Below are positions 45,320 to 48,028 of a stretch of 48,028 nt of DNA, one piece after another. A program made the translations under genes and the position numbers. The notes beneath the pieces were generated by a model that did not search any database, had not been told where the DNA came from, and was given only the letters and a program-made list of their open reading frames with translations. This DNA comes from Chitinophagaceae bacterium (lineage in GTDB: Bacteria > Bacteroidota > Bacteroidia > Chitinophagales > Chitinophagaceae), in contig JANWKA010000138.1 in NCBI GenBank assembly GCA_025451655.1, forward strand, positions 1-48,028. Reading direction: 5' to 3'. The first letter of the stretch is position 1; the number at the start of each line of letters is the position of its first letter.

Positions 45320-46519
45320 ATGGGTCAGGGGGTTTTTGTGGCTGGTTTGGGGGCGATTACAGCAATCGGTAACAATGTTCCCGAATGCTATTGTTCTTTG
45401 GAGCAATCCAAAGCCGGGATTGGGGATATTCAATTCCTTGACACGGTCCATAAGGGGGAAATCCCGGTAGGTGAGGTGAAAATGGATAATCAGGAATTGG
45501 GGGTGATTGCGGGAATTTCCGGCGAATTCAGCAGGACCATATTACTGAGCCTGATTGCAGCTAAAGAAGCTTTGGCGGATTCAGAAATTGACACATCCGG
45601 ATCCCTGCGGGTTGGGTTGGTTTCGGCCAATACTGTAGGAGGAATCGACAAGACCGAAGATTTTTTCAAAGATTTTCTCAAAGATCCCGCTAAAGGCAGG
45701 TTGCGCAAGGTTTTCGACCATGAGTGCGGATGTATAACCGAAATGGTTGCGGACCAGTTGGGAATCCGAAGGTTTATGACTACCATAAGCACTGCTTGCT
45801 CCTCCTCAGCCAATTCCATTGCATATGGGGCAAGGTTAATAAGGAACAATCTCCTTGATGTTGTCATTTCGGGCGGGGCCGATACCCTGACCAGGTATAC
45901 GCTCAATGGATTTAATTCCCTTATGATTTTGGATCATGGATTATGCAGACCCTTTGATGATGACAGACAGGGTTTGAATTTAGGGGAAGGTTCAGCTTTT
46001 CTTGTGCTGGTATCTGAATCAGTTGCAAAAAATTTAATCCATAAGCCATACTGCGAATTAAAAGGATATTACAACAGCAATGATGCCTTTCACCAGACAG
46101 CTTCCTCTCCCGAAGGGACCGGGCCCTTCCTGGCCATGAAAGGATCCCTGGCAGGAAGTGGATTCCTGCCTCAGGAAATGGATTATATCAATTTGCATGG
46201 GACGGGAACACCTAATAATGATGCAGCGGAGGGTAGGGCGATCTTAAAATTGTTTGGCCCGAATTACCCGCCTGGAAGTTCAACAAAAGCATATACGGGC
46301 CATACTTTAGGAGCCTGTGGCGCCATTGAAGCTGTATTTTCTATCCTGGCATTAAAATATAGTATTGTTTTCCCAAATCTCCGTTTCAAGACTCCGATGA
46401 ACGGAATTCCATTTTTACCAGTGAAGGAATTGAGGAAAAACATACCTGTCAACAATGTCATGACCAACTCCTTTGGCTTTGGCGGAAACTGTACTTCATT
46501 GATATTTTCCAGATATTAA
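45320..46519 (+). CDS. Beta-ketoacyl-ACP synthase II-like (catalytic Cys-His-His present)
   Basis: ISTACSSSANSI, NLHGTGTPNND and AYTGHTLGACG. C-terminal NSFGFGGNCTSL. Confidence 0.9.
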   Translation: MGQGVFVAGLGAITAIGNNVPECYCSLEQSKAGIGDIQFLDTVHKGEIPVGEVKMDNQELGVIAGISGEFSRTILLSLIAAKEALADSEIDTSGSLRVGLVSANTVGGIDKTEDFFKDFLKDPAKGRLRKVFDHECGCITEMVADQLGIRRFMTTISTACSSSANSIAYGARLIRNNLLDVVISGGADTLTRYTLNGFNSLMILDHGLCRPFDDDRQGLNLGEGSAFLVLVSESVAKNLIHKPYCELKGYYNSNDAFHQTASSPEGTGPFLAMKGSLAGSGFLPQEMDYINLHGTGTPNNDAAEGRAILKLFGPNYPPGSSTKAYTGHTLGACGAIEAVFSILALKYSIVFPNLRFKTPMNGIPFLPVKELRKNIPVNNVMTNSFGFGGNCTSLIFSRY

Positions 46520-46520
46520 A

Positions 46521-47597
46521 ATGAAAACCTTTATTCGGTCATGCGCTGCCATTTCTCCTCAAAATACCTTTGGGTGTAAATCCTTTCCAAATATTATTCA
46601 GGAATATCATGGTACCAGACTGAAAGCTATTGAGCCGGATTATTCTCTTTTTTTGGAGGCCCAATTGACCAGGAGGATGAGCCGGCTGATAAAAATGGGT
46701 TTAGCCGCTGCCCTGGAATGCCTTAAATCCGGTAATGTGGACATCCCGGGTGCGATCATTACAGGAACTGCATTGGGCAGCATAGGAGATTCCGGGGCAT
46801 TTTTAAAGCTGATCACAGAATCGGATGAAGAAAACCTTTCTCCGACTCACTTTATTCAATCAACCCACAATGCCGTCTCTGCCCAAATTGCCCTGACACT
46901 AAAATGCCATGGTTACAACCAAACTTATGTGCACAAGGGAATATCTTTCGAATCCGCCCTGCTCGATGGGGTTTTATATTTGAAGGAAGGTAATACCGGC
47001 GGAGTGCTGGTTGGCGGGACTGATGAAATTACTGATATCAGTTTTGTGATTTTGAACAGGCTAGGCGTTATCCGGAGGGACCCCGTTTCAAACCTGGATT
47101 TATTCAAGGGGAAAACCAGGGGAACTATAGAAGGAGAAGGGGCGGCATTTTTCCTGTTATCCGAAAAGGAATCCATGGACAATATGGCTGAATTGGTGTC
47201 AGGATATACCTTTTACAATCCAGAAAGCCATCTTGAAATCGAGGGAGAGATATCTTCCTTTTTGATGAGGAATGCGCTTGAGTTAAAGGATATTGATCTG
47301 GTCATTACAGGCAAAAGCGGAGATGCGGTAAATGATAGGATTTATTTGCTTTTAGCCGGTTCTTATTTTCGGGGAAACCCATTGGCTAACTACAAGCATT
47401 TATGCGGGGATTATCCTACCAGTTCTTCATTTGCCTTGTGGCTTGCCTGCATTATCCTTTCCGGGAGGGAGGTACCTCCCGTGATCATTGAAGGGGGATA
47501 TCAGTTGAGCCGCCCGGATAAAATATTGATTTACAATCATTATTACAACAAATACCATTCCTTAATGCTTGTTTCAACCTATAAAGGGGTTCCATAA
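46521..47597 (+). CDS. KS-like chain-length-factor-type protein (no active-site Cys)
   Basis: 358 aa, thiolase-like. The position of the nucleophile reads IQSTHNAVSAQIAL. No HGTG motif. Starts 1 nt after the preceding KS stop. Confidence 0.65.
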   Translation: MKTFIRSCAAISPQNTFGCKSFPNIIQEYHGTRLKAIEPDYSLFLEAQLTRRMSRLIKMGLAAALECLKSGNVDIPGAIITGTALGSIGDSGAFLKLITESDEENLSPTHFIQSTHNAVSAQIALTLKCHGYNQTYVHKGISFESALLDGVLYLKEGNTGGVLVGGTDEITDISFVILNRLGVIRRDPVSNLDLFKGKTRGTIEGEGAAFFLLSEKESMDNMAELVSGYTFYNPESHLEIEGEISSFLMRNALELKDIDLVITGKSGDAVNDRIYLLLAGSYFRGNPLANYKHLCGDYPTSSSFALWLACIILSGREVPPVIIEGGYQLSRPDKILIYNHYYNKYHSLMLVSTYKGVP

Positions 47598-47966
47598 ATG
47601 CTTCGGGATTATTTATATGAAATTCTTTTATTGAAACACCTGGATCAGGTCATCGATTGTGATATCCGGATTCTTGAAAAATGTGAAATATTCGCAGGAC
47701 ATTTCCCGGGAAAGCCAATTTTTCCCGGTTTCTGCATGGTCCAGTTAAACCAGGAGATCCTGGGAGAATCTTTGGGATTTCCTGTACAGTTGAGGAATGC
47801 AGATCAGCTCAAATTTCTAAAAAGTATAGATCCAAGGGTAACTAATCAGGTAGCCCTGCATCTATCATATAATTGGATTGATACCGATAGCCTCCGGGCC
47901 GCGGCAAAAATCATTTCAGGGCAGTCGGTTTTTTTTAAAATGATTGCATGTTTTATCAGGTGCTGA
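47598..47966 (+). CDS. FabA/FabZ-like hotdog dehydratase
   Basis: FAGHFPGKPIFPGFCMVQLNQE matches the HFPxxPxxPG catalytic-His motif. The start abuts the preceding stop. Confidence 0.7.
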   Translation: MLRDYLYEILLLKHLDQVIDCDIRILEKCEIFAGHFPGKPIFPGFCMVQLNQEILGESLGFPVQLRNADQLKFLKSIDPRVTNQVALHLSYNWIDTDSLRAAAKIISGQSVFFKMIACFIRC

Positions 47967-47969
47967 TCT

Positions 47970-48026
47970 TTATCCTTTGGTTTTGTTGTTTTCAATAAAA
48001 TCAGCCATCATATTGACATCGGATAA
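47970..48026 (-). CDS. 3' end of a convergent ORF cut by the window edge; possibly acyl carrier protein-like
   Basis: Minus-strand frame reads ...LSDVNMMADFIENNKTKG-stop. Its V-x-x-x-x-D-F-I pattern resembles the ACP C-terminal helix (E. coli ACP ends ...TVQAAIDYINGHQA). Only 18 codons are visible. Confidence 0.2.
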   Translation of the reverse strand, partial: LSDVNMMADFIENNKTKG

Positions 48027-48028
48027 TA

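Noticed and set aside
1-48028. Scan for CRISPR arrays, transposases or IS ends, integrases, toxin-antitoxin pairs, restriction-modification or other defence gene signatures, and rRNA.
   Set aside because: I saw no regularly spaced direct repeats. No ORF has DDE/transposase, tyrosine or serine recombinase, nuclease/helicase defence-type or methyltransferase (other than prmC) motifs. Outside the pigment cluster the window looks like core chromosome.

Overview
This 48-kb chromosomal segment reads as Bacteroidota. It has a T9SS C-terminal sorting-domain cargo protein, TAnnTTTG -7 promoter boxes ahead of many genes, LolA and FadL-like outer-membrane genes, and flexirubin-type pigment genes. About 50 genes are tightly packed, often with overlapping stop and start codons.

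Positions 1-36 kb are GC-rich (about 55% in one hand-counted 60-nt line) and mostly housekeeping. They carry tRNA-Leu(CAG), dapD, tsaC, a CCA-adding enzyme, miaA, proS, htrA, ddl, prmC, ribD, apbC, pyrF, aroK, ftsK, lolA and lpdA. Membrane and outer-membrane proteins of unknown role are interspersed, along with an orphan LytTR response regulator, an ExbBD pair and a bacterial GH47 alpha-mannosidase.

A 384-bp intergenic gap (35974-36357), about 18% GC over its central 300 nt, sits upstream of lpdA. From 38.9 kb to the window edge, in visibly lower-GC DNA, lies the 5' part of a flexirubin-type aryl-polyene (type II FAS-like) pigment cluster. It runs acpS, PaaK-like ligase, MIO tyrosine ammonia-lyase, FabG, two hotdog dehydratases, and two catalytic ketosynthases each followed by a Cys-less KS-like partner. 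The cluster runs off the window.

I saw no rRNA, CRISPR array, transposase, integrase or recognisable defence system. I found no convincing evidence for a wholly new system. The best unexplained items are:
- the architecture of the pigment cluster
- the AT-rich island
- a promoter/mini-ORF/terminator unit downstream of the LytTR gene
- an aromatic/glycine-rich lipoprotein paired with a FadL-like barrel
- a lone GH47 lipoprotein

All functional calls rest on motif recognition by eye. No searches were run.
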